Below are positions 1 to 10,626 of a stretch of 15,982 bases of DNA, one piece after another. Under the pieces are notes generated by a model, which was not told the DNA's origin, ran no database searches, and saw only the letters and a list, made by a program, of their open reading frames with translations. Source of the stretch: a virus; the UHGV virus genome UHGV-0177145; one strand, 5' to 3'. Positions within the stretch are counted from its first letter, which is position 1. Every line of letters begins with the position of its first letter. The translations under genes were made by a program, and so were the position numbers.

Positions 1-2
1 TG

Positions 3-2631
<2,629 letters not shown>

Positions 2632-2633
2632 TA

Positions 2634-3806
2634 ATGGCAGTAGGTGAAATTCAAATTAGTGCCTTGCCTCAAGCAGCCTTACCAATTGACCTTAGTGATA
2701 TCTTCCATCTTAAGCAGGGTATTGAGGATAAGAGGTGTACTCTTGAGCAATTACTTGCTCCACACGCAAGCCTGAAAAATAATCCTCATGGTGTTACTAA
2801 AACACAAATTGGTTTAGATAATGTTATTAATGCTCTTCAGTTAGTTGCTGCAAATAACTTATCGGATATTGTTAATGTAGCTGAGGCAAGAGCAAATCTA
2901 CAGATTATGTCTTCAGAAGAGGTCAATAATCTTGTTCAACAGCATATTAATGATAAGAGTAACCCACACAATACAACTAAGGCACAGGTCGGTTTAAGTA
3001 ATGTTCAGAACTGGACAACATCTAACCTGTATAACGAAGATGCAGATAAGTATGCTACAGCAAGAGCAGTAAATAACTTGTACAAGGCTGTTCAGGCTTC
3101 TTATCCAGTAGGTACTATCCATCTTTCTATGAACTCTGCAAACCCTTCTACATACTTAATTTGTGGAGGTACTTGGGAGTTAGTTTCAAAAGGTAGGGCA
3201 TTGGTTGGTTATACCTCTGATGCAAGACCAGCAGGTTCTGTATTTGGTGCTTCAACTGTCACTTTGTCAGTTAATAATATGCCTCAACACTCCCACTCTG
3301 TATCTCTTAGTGGTGGTGGTCATACTCATAATGCAACTGTGTCAATCTCAGCTTTTGACTATGGAACTAAGACTACCAACTCTTTTGACTATGGAACAAA
3401 AGCTACTAACACAACTGGCAACCATACACACAATGTATCAGGTAACACAAGCACAAATGGTACTCACAACCATGATGTGTATCCTAGAGAAAATGATGGT
3501 ACTGGTAATGCTGTAGCTGACTCTGATGGTGGTGGTGCATGGAGAACATCAAGAACTTCTAGTGACGGTGCACACTCACACAGTTTTAACGTCACATCTG
3601 GTGCATCAGGTGACCACAGCCACACGGTTGGTATTGGTGCTCACAGTCATACTGTCGGTATTGGCTCACATACACACAATGGTACTGTGACAGTTTCTTC
3701 TTCTGAGCATACGCATAGTGGAAACACGAACAGTGTTGGTGGTGGACAAGCTTTCAACATTGAACAGCCATCCTTTGTACTGTATGTATGGCAGAGAACA
3801 GCTTAA
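2634..3806 (+). CDS. Tail fibre protein with tail-collar-like domain and His-x-His repeat tip
   Basis: AGGAGA ribosome-binding site before the ATG. Two N-terminal repeats of the NPH..TK.Q(I/V)GL.NV type (HASLKNNPHGVTKTQIGLDNVIN; NDKSNPHNTTKAQVGLSNVQNW). YPVGTIHLSMNSANPSTYLICGGTWEL...LSVNNMPQHSHSV resembles the phage tail collar domain. Eight HxH motifs (HTH, HSH, HNH) in a Gly/Ser/Thr-rich C-terminus ending ...VWQRTA. Confidence 0.8.
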   Translation: MAVGEIQISALPQAALPIDLSDIFHLKQGIEDKRCTLEQLLAPHASLKNNPHGVTKTQIGLDNVINALQLVAANNLSDIVNVAEARANLQIMSSEEVNNLVQQHINDKSNPHNTTKAQVGLSNVQNWTTSNLYNEDADKYATARAVNNLYKAVQASYPVGTIHLSMNSANPSTYLICGGTWELVSKGRALVGYTSDARPAGSVFGASTVTLSVNNMPQHSHSVSLSGGGHTHNATVSISAFDYGTKTTNSFDYGTKATNTTGNHTHNVSGNTSTNGTHNHDVYPRENDGTGNAVADSDGGGAWRTSRTSSDGAHSHSFNVTSGASGDHSHTVGIGAHSHTVGIGSHTHNGTVTVSSSEHTHSGNTNSVGGGQAFNIEQPSFVLYVWQRTA

Positions 3807-3815
3807 TTTCTTTAC

Positions 3816-3836
3816 AGGGGTTTTATAGCCCCTTTT
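3816..3836 (+). terminator. Short GC hairpin plus T4 run between the two fibre genes (weak terminator or attenuator)
   Basis: AGGGG(3816-3820)-ttttatag-CCCCT(3829-3833) followed by TTTT; stem is only 4-5 bp, so weak at best. Confidence 0.25.
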
Positions 3837-3852
3837 AAGAGGAAAATTTATA

Positions 3853-6417
3853 ATGGCAGATTACAAGTTGAGTGAATTAAACTCAATCGACACAATCCGT
3901 TCAGACGACCTTCTTCATGTCAGAGTTAAAAAGAGACCTGAAATGCTGGGTGATGAAGACCGTCGAATGACCTATCAAGATTTCTTAGCATCTTTTAAAC
4001 TTGAGAGATTTGTTCAGATTGCTGGTAGCACTATGACGGGCGACTTAGGGATTGTTAAGTTACTTTATGGTGGTAAAGCAGTATTTGACCCAACAGGTTC
4101 TTCTGAGATTACTATTGGGGATGTTTTAAAGACTTTTAAAATCAATGCAAATGGTCTTAGGCTAACTATTGCAGATGCTTCAAGGTCAGCAACTGTTTAT
4201 CATACCCTGAATAAACCAAGTCCTAATGAGCTTGGGATGAGAACTAATGAAGAGAATGATGCAAGATATGCAAAGCTTGGTGCTAGAAACACATTTAACT
4301 CTCAGCAGACTATTGTAGTAAACGGAGAGCAGCTAACGCTAAGAAACCCTACCAGTGGGAGTGATGCATTCTCTGCTATCGTAGGTAGAGATTCAAGCAA
4401 CGAAAAAGTTTGGGCTATGGGAAATCTAATTAGTGGTAGCCGTGATTTTCGAATCGAGAGTAAACAAGGTTCAGCCATCACTCTAGGCACAAGTGTCACG
4501 ATTAGTAAAACCCTTGCTGTCAATGGTCAAGTGCAACCTGCTGATTGGGCTAACTTAGATGCTAGATACTTTACTCAGACAGTTGCTAATCAGAGATTTG
4601 CACAGTTAGCTGCTAATAACACTTTTAGTGGTTTAAACACCTTCAGCAACTATATTAGTGTTAGTTCTAATGCTGCTGCTATCATGCTAAAAAATAAAGC
4701 TGTTAATGAGTCTTTGTTCATCCTAGCAAAAGATGTTGAAGACAATAATCTGTGGTATATTGGTAAAGGTGATGCGAACGACAATATCACATTTTATGAC
4801 TACAAAGGTGGCACTTCTATTGTCCTAAACTCGTCTGGTGCTGCATTTAACAAGAGTGTAAAAATCACTGGTCAAGTTCAACCTTCCGATTGGACTAACA
4901 TTGATTCTAGATATATTCCAGCAGAGACATTAAGTACAATTGCACGAACTAATGCAATTAACACGTTCACTGAAAAGCAGGTTATTAACACTAATGGTGA
5001 AGCTATTACGTTAAAAGGAAAAACAACTGCATCGCTTTACATTAGAGCTAAGGATTATGATGGAACGAATAGGTGGTATGTTGGCAACGACAGTAAGGGT
5101 GACACTCTTAGTGTGTATAACTATAAAACTGGTAAAAGCCTAAGCATTGGTTCCGAAGTAGCAATTAATGCAAACTTAGTAATTGGTGGTCAAGTACAAC
5201 CTAGCAACTGGTCTAACTTAGATGCTAGATACTTTACTCAAAGTTCTAGCGACGAGAGGTATTTAAGAGTAAGAAGCACAGGCTTCAATCAGGGAAACGG
5301 TGAAAAATGGGCTAAAATTGCTACTGTTGTTATGCCACAATCAGCCTCCACTGCTGTCATTGAGGTATTTGGTGGGTCAGGTTTTAATGTCAATACACCA
5401 CACCAAGCAGGTAAGTGTGAGATTGTTTTAAGAACCTCAAATAGCAATCCAAAAGGTCTAAATGTCGTGGCTTGGAGAACAGCAGATAATACTATCGTCA
5501 CTGATATCGGTCATATTAATACATCTGGTGATACTTATGACATCTACTGTAGAGTTGGTACATACCAAAATGGTACAACATCAAGAGTTCAATCCTCTAG
5601 CAACGCAAGTGTACAGTTGTTTGAAGTCCCACAAACAACTGATGATGCTCCACAAGGTATTGTGAAGGGTACTGTTGCAAAATACTACACTAGTTTGCAA
5701 AAACCAAGCCCTTCAGATATTGGTGCATATACTAAAGCAGAAACTGACCAGAAGATTGCACAGGCAATTAGTGACTCTACAGACCTTAATAAAATCTATC
5801 CAGTAGGTATTGTAACGTGGTTCAACAGTAATGTTGACCCTAACACAGCCCTTCCTGGTCTAACTTGGACGTACCTGAACAATGGTGTTGGTAGAACTAT
5901 CAGAATTGCAGCAGCAAACGGTTCAGATGTTGCTACAACTGGTGGTTCAGACTCTGTAACGTTAGCTGTTGGTAACTTACCATCACACACTCACAGTTTC
6001 TCTGCTACCACTTCATCTTTTGATTATGGTACGAAGGGCACTAATAGTACTGGTGGTCATACTCACTCTGTAAGTGGTACAACAAGTGCTGCTGGTAACC
6101 ACGCTCACCACTTAGGTCTACTATTGGTTAATGGTGGTGATGCTCAGTACGGTTATACCACTATTGGTAACAACAAGACAAGAACTCTTGACTGGCTTGA
6201 CAGAACTGATAACAAGTTCCCTAACACTAACACAACTGGTAACCATACACACACATGGTCTGGTACTACAAGCGGTGCTGGTGACCATTCCCACTCTGTA
6301 GGTATTGGTGCTCACAGCCACACAGTCAGTGGTAACACTGGTAGTACAGGTTCTGGTTCAGCATTTAGTGTTACTAACCAGTTCTACAAGTTAATGGCTT
6401 GGGTAAGAACTGCTTAA
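3853..6417 (+). CDS. Large tail fibre protein (854 aa) with internal tandem repeats and His-x-His repeat tip
   Basis: AAGAGGA ribosome-binding site. Three tandem ~106-115-aa units each ending GQVQP(A/S)(D/N)W(A/T/S)N(L/I)D(A/S)RY. C-terminus has [17 protein letters not shown] and six HxH motifs, and ends ...MAWVRTA, parallel to the upstream fibre. Confidence 0.85.
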   Translation: MADYKLSELNSIDTIRSDDLLHVRVKKRPEMLGDEDRRMTYQDFLASFKLERFVQIAGSTMTGDLGIVKLLYGGKAVFDPTGSSEITIGDVLKTFKINANGLRLTIADASRSATVYHTLNKPSPNELGMRTNEENDARYAKLGARNTFNSQQTIVVNGEQLTLRNPTSGSDAFSAIVGRDSSNEKVWAMGNLISGSRDFRIESKQGSAITLGTSVTISKTLAVNGQVQPADWANLDARYFTQTVANQRFAQLAANNTFSGLNTFSNYISVSSNAAAIMLKNKAVNESLFILAKDVEDNNLWYIGKGDANDNITFYDYKGGTSIVLNSSGAAFNKSVKITGQVQPSDWTNIDSRYIPAETLSTIARTNAINTFTEKQVINTNGEAITLKGKTTASLYIRAKDYDGTNRWYVGNDSKGDTLSVYNYKTGKSLSIGSEVAINANLVIGGQVQPSNWSNLDARYFTQSSSDERYLRVRSTGFNQGNGEKWAKIATVVMPQSASTAVIEVFGGSGFNVNTPHQAGKCEIVLRTSNSNPKGLNVVAWRTADNTIVTDIGHINTSGDTYDIYCRVGTYQNGTTSRVQSSSNASVQLFEVPQTTDDAPQGIVKGTVAKYYTSLQKPSPSDIGAYTKAETDQKIAQAISDSTDLNKIYPVGIVTWFNSNVDPNTALPGLTWTYLNNGVGRTIRIAAANGSDVATTGGSDSVTLAVGNLPSHTHSFSATTSSFDYGTKGTNSTGGHTHSVSGTTSAAGNHAHHLGLLLVNGGDAQYGYTTIGNNKTRTLDWLDRTDNKFPNTNTTGNHTHTWSGTTSGAGDHSHSVGIGAHSHTVSGNTGSTGSGSAFSVTNQFYKLMAWVRTA
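4525..5240 (+). repeat. Intragenic tandem repeat array (three ~320-345-nt units) inside the large fibre gene
   Basis: ggtcaagt(g/t/a)caacct recurs at 4525, 4870 and 5188. A 28-nt perfect direct repeat ctaacttagatgctagatactttactca lies at 4550-4577 and 5213-5240. Confidence 0.8.
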
Positions 6418-6424
6418 TCCCTTG

Positions 6425-6453
6425 TTGACTGATTGTTAAGATGGTGTTAATAT
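6425..6453 (+). promoter_or_regulatory. Putative sigma70-like promoter for the small membrane-protein genes
   Basis: TTGACT (6425-6430), 17-nt spacer, TAATAT (6448-6453). A 9-bp inverted repeat AAGATGGTG (6438-6446) / CACCATCTT (6470-6478) brackets the -10 region. Confidence 0.35.
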
Positions 6454-6496
6454 TCTTTATGGGTATTCTCACCATCTTGGCTGATGAGGTGATTAA

Positions 6497-6694
6497 ATGC
6501 CTACAATCCTAGCAATTCTTCTAAAAAATCTAGGTAGCTTCTTCTGGAAACTCATTTTATCCCTTCTAAGTGAATACATGATTGAGAAAGTGTTCTTTAG
6601 GCTTGCAAGATACCTTGCGAGTAAAACAGACACACCTATTGATGATGAGTTCGTAGATAACTTAGAAAAAGCTTTTAAGGGGGAGAATAAATGA
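6497..6694 (+). CDS. Small membrane protein, holin-like topology (hypothetical, 65 aa)
   Basis: GAGGTGA ribosome-binding site. Hydrophobic N-terminal segment (PTILAILL...FFWKLILSLL) and a highly charged C-terminus. Stop overlaps the next start (ATGA). Confidence 0.45.
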   Translation: MPTILAILLKNLGSFFWKLILSLLSEYMIEKVFFRLARYLASKTDTPIDDEFVDNLEKAFKGENK

Positions 6695-7062
6695 AGTGGC
6701 TAGAGGAAGCTTTTAAAAATAATATTGGTGCAATTGTAGTTGGTATTTTTAGTGTTATTGGGATGTATACCACCATGCAAGTCTCGGATGGTAAGCAAGA
6801 AGTGTCTATCACAACAAAGTTACAGCAGTTAGATAATTATTCCAAAAGTAATTATTCAGCTATTCGTGATTTACAGTCTGATATGAGGCTGCTTCAGCTA
6901 GGGATGGAGAACCAGAAAGTCCAGTTAGAGAATGTTAAGGGTGAGAACGCAAAACTTACTAAGACTCTTGATAAATTCTCTGATAGTGTGAACAATCTGG
7001 CTCAATCAGTATCAGCCCTCCAAGCTATTACTGAAAAGAACACAAAGAATACTGAAAAGTAA
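6691..7062 (+). CDS. Membrane-anchored coiled-coil protein (hypothetical, 123 aa)
   Basis: AGGGGGAG ribosome-binding site. One predicted N-terminal TM helix (IGAIVVGIFSVIGMYTTM) followed by a heptad-like Q/L/N/K-rich region; topology resembles an i-spanin or antiholin, unproven. Confidence 0.5.
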   Translation: MKWLEEAFKNNIGAIVVGIFSVIGMYTTMQVSDGKQEVSITTKLQQLDNYSKSNYSAIRDLQSDMRLLQLGMENQKVQLENVKGENAKLTKTLDKFSDSVNNLAQSVSALQAITEKNTKNTEK

Positions 7063-7067
7063 AGTTT

Positions 7068-7100
7068 AAGGCTCCTTTTTACGGGAGCCTTTTTTGTTTT
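7068..7100. terminator. Rho-independent terminator at the convergence of the two gene blocks
   Basis: AAGGCTCC (7068-7075), 8-nt loop, GGAGCCTT (7084-7091), then TTTTTGTTTT. Lies 5 nt after the plus-strand stop (7060-7062) and overlaps the minus-strand stop codon (7099-7101) in its T-tract. The T-run is clear only for the plus strand. Confidence 0.7.
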
Positions 7101-7998
7101 ATTTACCTACTGACAAAGGTGCTTCAATCTTTCCTGCATGTTGGTAATTGTTAATACCACCGATAAAGTCACTTGCAGTGAGGTGTTTTAAGTCACTTAA
7201 AGTGTTAAGTGGGATACCAATCTCAAAAGTTGGTGCATGGAACTCTTCATTGTTCATCAGTTCATAAACCTGCTTCATATGATTCTGATAAATCTGAGTA
7301 TCTCCAAAGACACCTATCAAGTACCGTGGAGTGTATCCAGTCATCTTACAAAGAACTTCCAGAATAAAACCGTAAGATGCAATATTAAATGGAAGTCCTA
7401 AAAAGGTGTCTACAGAACGCTGATACCATTGTAAGTCAACTTCACCCTCGTTAGTGATATAAACCTGAAACAGAACATGACAAGGTGCTAGAGCCATTGA
7501 GTTTGCTGCAATATCTGCTGCATTCCAAGCATTAATAAGCATGTAACGGTCTGTGATATCACCCTTCATCTTCGCTACTAAGGTCTCTAGTTGGTCTACA
7601 ACACAACCGTTATGACCTTCAAAGTTTCTCCACTGAACCCCATAAATCCTTCCACCTGCATCCTCTAACCAATCTTGTTCAGAAGAGTAATTAGAGCTTA
7701 ACCAGCGTTTAAAATCATCTGACCAGATAGTCCAACGTTCTCCGTCATTCTCACCCCAAGTACGGTAACGGAGTTCACCCAGCTTATTCTCACCATTCAG
7801 GAACCATAAAGCTTCCCCAATAACTTGCCGTGTAAACACCTGTTTAGATGTTAAGAGTGGGAAACCAGTACGCATATCAAAACGAAATTGTGGTGGAGCA
7901 AATGCAGAGATAACATCTCCAGTCCGTGTAGTACGCAGTTCACCAACGGATAAAACATGGTTCAGAATATTTTTGTAACTCAAATCAGCTTGTGACAT
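7099..7998 (-). CDS. thyA: Thymidylate synthase (ThyA family)
   Basis: Motifs FPLLTSKQ, EALWFLNG, YGVQWR, catalytic MALAPCH, QRSVDTFLGLPFNIASY, GDTQIYQNHM. Overall collinear with E. coli ThyA as I recall it. Immediately downstream of a DHFR gene (frd-td-like order). Confidence 0.9.
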   Translation of the reverse strand: MSQADLSYKNILNHVLSVGELRTTRTGDVISAFAPPQFRFDMRTGFPLLTSKQVFTRQVIGEALWFLNGENKLGELRYRTWGENDGERWTIWSDDFKRWLSSNYSSEQDWLEDAGGRIYGVQWRNFEGHNGCVVDQLETLVAKMKGDITDRYMLINAWNAADIAANSMALAPCHVLFQVYITNEGEVDLQWYQRSVDTFLGLPFNIASYGFILEVLCKMTGYTPRYLIGVFGDTQIYQNHMKQVYELMNNEEFHAPTFEIGIPLNTLSDLKHLTASDFIGGINNYQHAGKIEAPLSVGK

Positions 7999-7999
7999 A

Positions 8000-8545
8000 T
8001 CAAAAGTGTCCTTTTACTTGTGGAACATAAATCTCAAAGGTTGCTTTACCATCATCGGAGGGTCTTGACTGCACCTTTGTAAATACACGGTTATCATACA
8101 GCTTCTCAAAGAAGTTTTCAAAAGGTAAATACACAGTAGTCTCTTCAGTAACTTTATGGAAAACTGTATGGAAAACTACACCAGCATACGGTAAAGCATT
8201 GACAAGGACACCTGCACCACCAATTACAAAGACATCTTCATCAATAGAGCTATCAAGATACTTCAAAAATGCTCCAAATGACTCTTTACTGGCTTTAGCA
8301 TACATTACATCATCTTTGCCAAAATCTATGCCTAAATATGGTACAGAATTTGTTAAGATGAGGTTTGCACGTTCTGGTAAAGGTTTACTCCCCAGAGTCT
8401 TGAAAGTTTCATTACCCATGACTACTAAGTTATTTTTAGTGAGTCTCTTAAACTCTTGCATGTCCTGTTTATGTCGAGGCCACGGCATACCAGTTGGAGT
8501 ACCAAACTCCCCATTTTCACCACTTGCAAAGATTAGTTTAATCAT
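8000..8545 (-). CDS. folA: Dihydrofolate reductase
   Basis: MIKLIFA...GMPW...VVMGNETFKTLG..PLPER.NLILT and a VIGGAG-type glycine motif. ATG overlaps the upstream stop (ATGA). Confidence 0.88.
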   Translation of the reverse strand: MIKLIFASGENGEFGTPTGMPWPRHKQDMQEFKRLTKNNLVVMGNETFKTLGSKPLPERANLILTNSVPYLGIDFGKDDVMYAKASKESFGAFLKYLDSSIDEDVFVIGGAGVLVNALPYAGVVFHTVFHKVTEETTVYLPFENFFEKLYDNRVFTKVQSRPSDDGKATFEIYVPQVKGHF

Positions 8546-8802
8546 TTTATAAACCCTTTCTTAATGAACCAGTTGATAATATTCTTCACAGCTTTATTGC
8601 TATGGTAGATTAAGTGTGGTGTAGGTTGGTATGAACCATAAGCCCAGAATGATAGATGCTCACCACAACCCACACATGTAGTACTCTCTTCAGCTATATG
8701 ACCATTAACAATCATATGAACTTCACCTTGCAAGTCTGTACACCCACAATGTGGACAACGGATAGGTGTTCCATCAGACTCATAGCAGTGTTCAATTTTC
8801 AT
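8542..8802 (-). CDS. Small zinc-ribbon protein (hypothetical, 86 aa)
   Basis: Two CxxC pairs (CPHC ... CVGC) about 24 residues apart. GAGGT ribosome-binding site. Confidence 0.6.
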   Translation of the reverse strand: MKIEHCYESDGTPIRCPHCGCTDLQGEVHMIVNGHIAEESTTCVGCGEHLSFWAYGSYQPTPHLIYHSNKAVKNIINWFIKKGFIK

Positions 8803-9318
8803 TTATTTAACCTCAAAAACTGGTTCAAGAACCAATATAAAGTCTACACAGTCATCTTCTTCATCCAGAATACCATCAAAGTTCTTAGGAACAAAGTCGA
8901 AGAGGCTCATAGAGTAGCGGTCAGAAGTAATCCTGATAGCTCCTCCGATATTCTCTACAGTTAATATTGTACGGCTTTCTGTTACCTCACTAAGAAGATT
9001 ACTTACAAAGTCATCTAAGAAGTGCTTCATCAGTGACTTAAAGCCTTTAGGGTAGTCTGTACCAGAGTATGTTTCAATCTGAGGTACAAGCTTAACATTT
9101 ATACTAGTCTTTGCTAAGAACGTGCTAGAGAACATACTATCAGGTAACTTACAAACAGTCTTTCCAGTACCTTCATGCTCAATCTCAACAAAACCAGCTT
9201 CATCGCCACATGTAACTATTTTAAAAGATGCTTCATTCTCATACTGTGAAGCCATAAACTTTTTAAGCATGACTTTAAGGAAGTCTGCATGAGCATCTTG
9301 TAAGTAGATATCAATCAT
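8803..9318 (-). CDS. Hypothetical protein (171 aa)
   Basis: ORF with AGGTGA ribosome-binding site, packed in the operon; no recognisable motif. Confidence 0.55.
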   Translation of the reverse strand: MIDIYLQDAHADFLKVMLKKFMASQYENEASFKIVTCGDEAGFVEIEHEGTGKTVCKLPDSMFSSTFLAKTSINVKLVPQIETYSGTDYPKGFKSLMKHFLDDFVSNLLSEVTESRTILTVENIGGAIRITSDRYSMSLFDFVPKNFDGILDEEDDCVDFILVLEPVFEVK

Positions 9319-9331
9319 AGTTAATCACCTA

Positions 9332-9691
9332 TTATGGGAACAGACACTTGATGTCATCATTTTTGAAAACAAAACTTGTGTAATTGTGACCATCAACATC
9401 CAACCAAACAGCCTGAACATCTACACCATCAAGATTATGGTAAAGCTCTTTGATGAAGTGGTCTTTCACAACCTGACTGCTAGTTGTTTCCAGCTTAATG
9501 TTTGAGATTGCTGAACCTACAGCCATATAACCCATGACGCGTTTCTTCTCAGTATGCTTAATCTTACCATCTTTGTAAGCCATAATGAGGTTGGAGAGAA
9601 TCTTTACACCATAATACTTTTCAAGGTGAGTAGGTGCACCATAAAAGCCTAATGCGAAGTTTTCAGAGTGGATAATGTTTTCACGTTTCAT
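9332..9691 (-). CDS. Hypothetical protein (119 aa)
   Basis: ORF in the operon; weak ribosome-binding site; no recognisable motif. Confidence 0.5.
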   Translation of the reverse strand: MKRENIIHSENFALGFYGAPTHLEKYYGVKILSNLIMAYKDGKIKHTEKKRVMGYMAVGSAISNIKLETTSSQVVKDHFIKELYHNLDGVDVQAVWLDVDGHNYTSFVFKNDDIKCLFP

Positions 9692-9692
9692 A

Positions 9693-9992
9693 TTAATCTG
9701 CCAGCCTTAAATTAAAATTAACACCAAATTTTTCGCATACTTCCAACATAAACTCAAGAGAGACATTACCAGTGAGATTGATTATGTTGGATACACGAGC
9801 CTGAGAGATGCCACAAATTTTAGCAACTTGCTCTTGAGAAAGACCTCTGGATTTAATCTCTCTCTTAAAACGATGTGCAACGAAGTCTCTCATTTCGTCT
9901 ACATCCATTGGACAAATATAACTCTCCATTTCAGCCTCTCTGTCAGCCTCCCAATCATCTTGTGGAGCATAAGGGTCAAAAACCTCATTCAT
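9693..9992 (-). CDS. XRE-family helix-turn-helix DNA-binding protein
   Basis: C-terminal LSQEQVAKICGISQARVSNII is a classic XRE HTH. Track ORF starts at a TTG (10022); the ATG at 9990-9992 has an upstream GGAAGAAGAAAG purine tract and overlaps the upstream stop (ATGAATGA). Confidence 0.7.
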   Translation of the reverse strand: MNEVFDPYAPQDDWEADREAEMESYICPMDVDEMRDFVAHRFKREIKSRGLSQEQVAKICGISQARVSNIINLTGNVSLEFMLEVCEKFGVNFNLRLAD

Positions 9993-10197
9993 CTTTCTTC
10001 TTCCGTTTGCGTGAAGTGTCAATCAATGAATCTATGTTTGTAGCTCTAACCTTTTCACGTTCATCGTTAAGATAATCATCAAGAGCCTTTTCAATCTGTG
10101 AATCATCTTGACAGATAACTGTAAAGACTGTAAAGCCGTCTGTGTCATCAATTATCTTACCATAACCGCTTCTGGGATGTAACTTTTTAAGAGCCAT
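9985..10197 (-). CDS. Hypothetical small protein with lysine-rich C-terminus (70 aa)
   Basis: ORF ending SRKRKKKDE, translationally coupled to the HTH gene. Confidence 0.45.
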   Translation of the reverse strand: MALKKLHPRSGYGKIIDDTDGFTVFTVICQDDSQIEKALDDYLNDEREKVRATNIDSLIDTSRKRKKKDE

Positions 10198-10198
10198 A

Positions 10199-10582
10199 TC
10201 AAATACCTGTGCAGCTTCTGTTTTCTAAGAAATACTCAACACCATACATAGCTTTTTGCATCAAATCTTCTTTAAACTGAATACGATGATTGAGCATAGC
10301 CTGTGCATCAATATCATCATGGTGCTTCTCTTTAATATTTGCAGATTGCAGGAAATACTCTGCAAGAACGCGATACTGATAGTCAGTTACCTTATCAGTC
10401 ATCTCTGTTAAAGACTCTTCAGAGATTGGTTTAAGTAACTCACCATTAGCCAAAGCAACACCTTTAACAATCTGACAAGTGTCTTCTGGAACACCTGATA
10501 AGTCCACATTTGGAAGTTCTGTTGCATTGACTGGTAAATTCATTGCCATAATCATTGCAGCGGCTAATAAAATCTTTTTCAT
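10199..10582 (-). CDS. Secreted or periplasmic protein with Sec-type signal peptide (127 aa)
   Basis: MKKILLAAAMIMAMNLPVNA/TELP: positively charged n-region, hydrophobic core, AxA-like cleavage site. GAGG ribosome-binding site 7 nt upstream. Confidence 0.6.
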   Translation of the reverse strand: MKKILLAAAMIMAMNLPVNATELPNVDLSGVPEDTCQIVKGVALANGELLKPISEESLTEMTDKVTDYQYRVLAEYFLQSANIKEKHHDDIDAQAMLNHRIQFKEDLMQKAMYGVEYFLENRSCTGI

Positions 10583-10626
10583 AATGACCTCAAAGTTATA
10601 TTAAATTTTGTATTACGTTGAGTATA

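Noticed and set aside
3205-3516. 103-aa plus-strand ORF nested out of frame inside the first fibre gene
   Set aside because: Lies wholly within the well-supported fibre reading frame, has a low-complexity L/V/Q-rich product from the repetitive region, and no ribosome-binding site.
3290-3735. Possible CRISPR-like periodic repeats in the His-rich region
   Set aside because: The periodicity is codon-level repetition of HxH and Gly/Thr motifs inside an intact ORF; no spacer/repeat architecture.
9993-10022. ORF-track N-terminal extension of the HTH gene (TTG start at 10022)
   Set aside because: The ATG at 9990-9992 has an upstream purine tract and couples to the upstream stop; the TTG extension would overlap 38 nt of the upstream gene with no ribosome-binding site.
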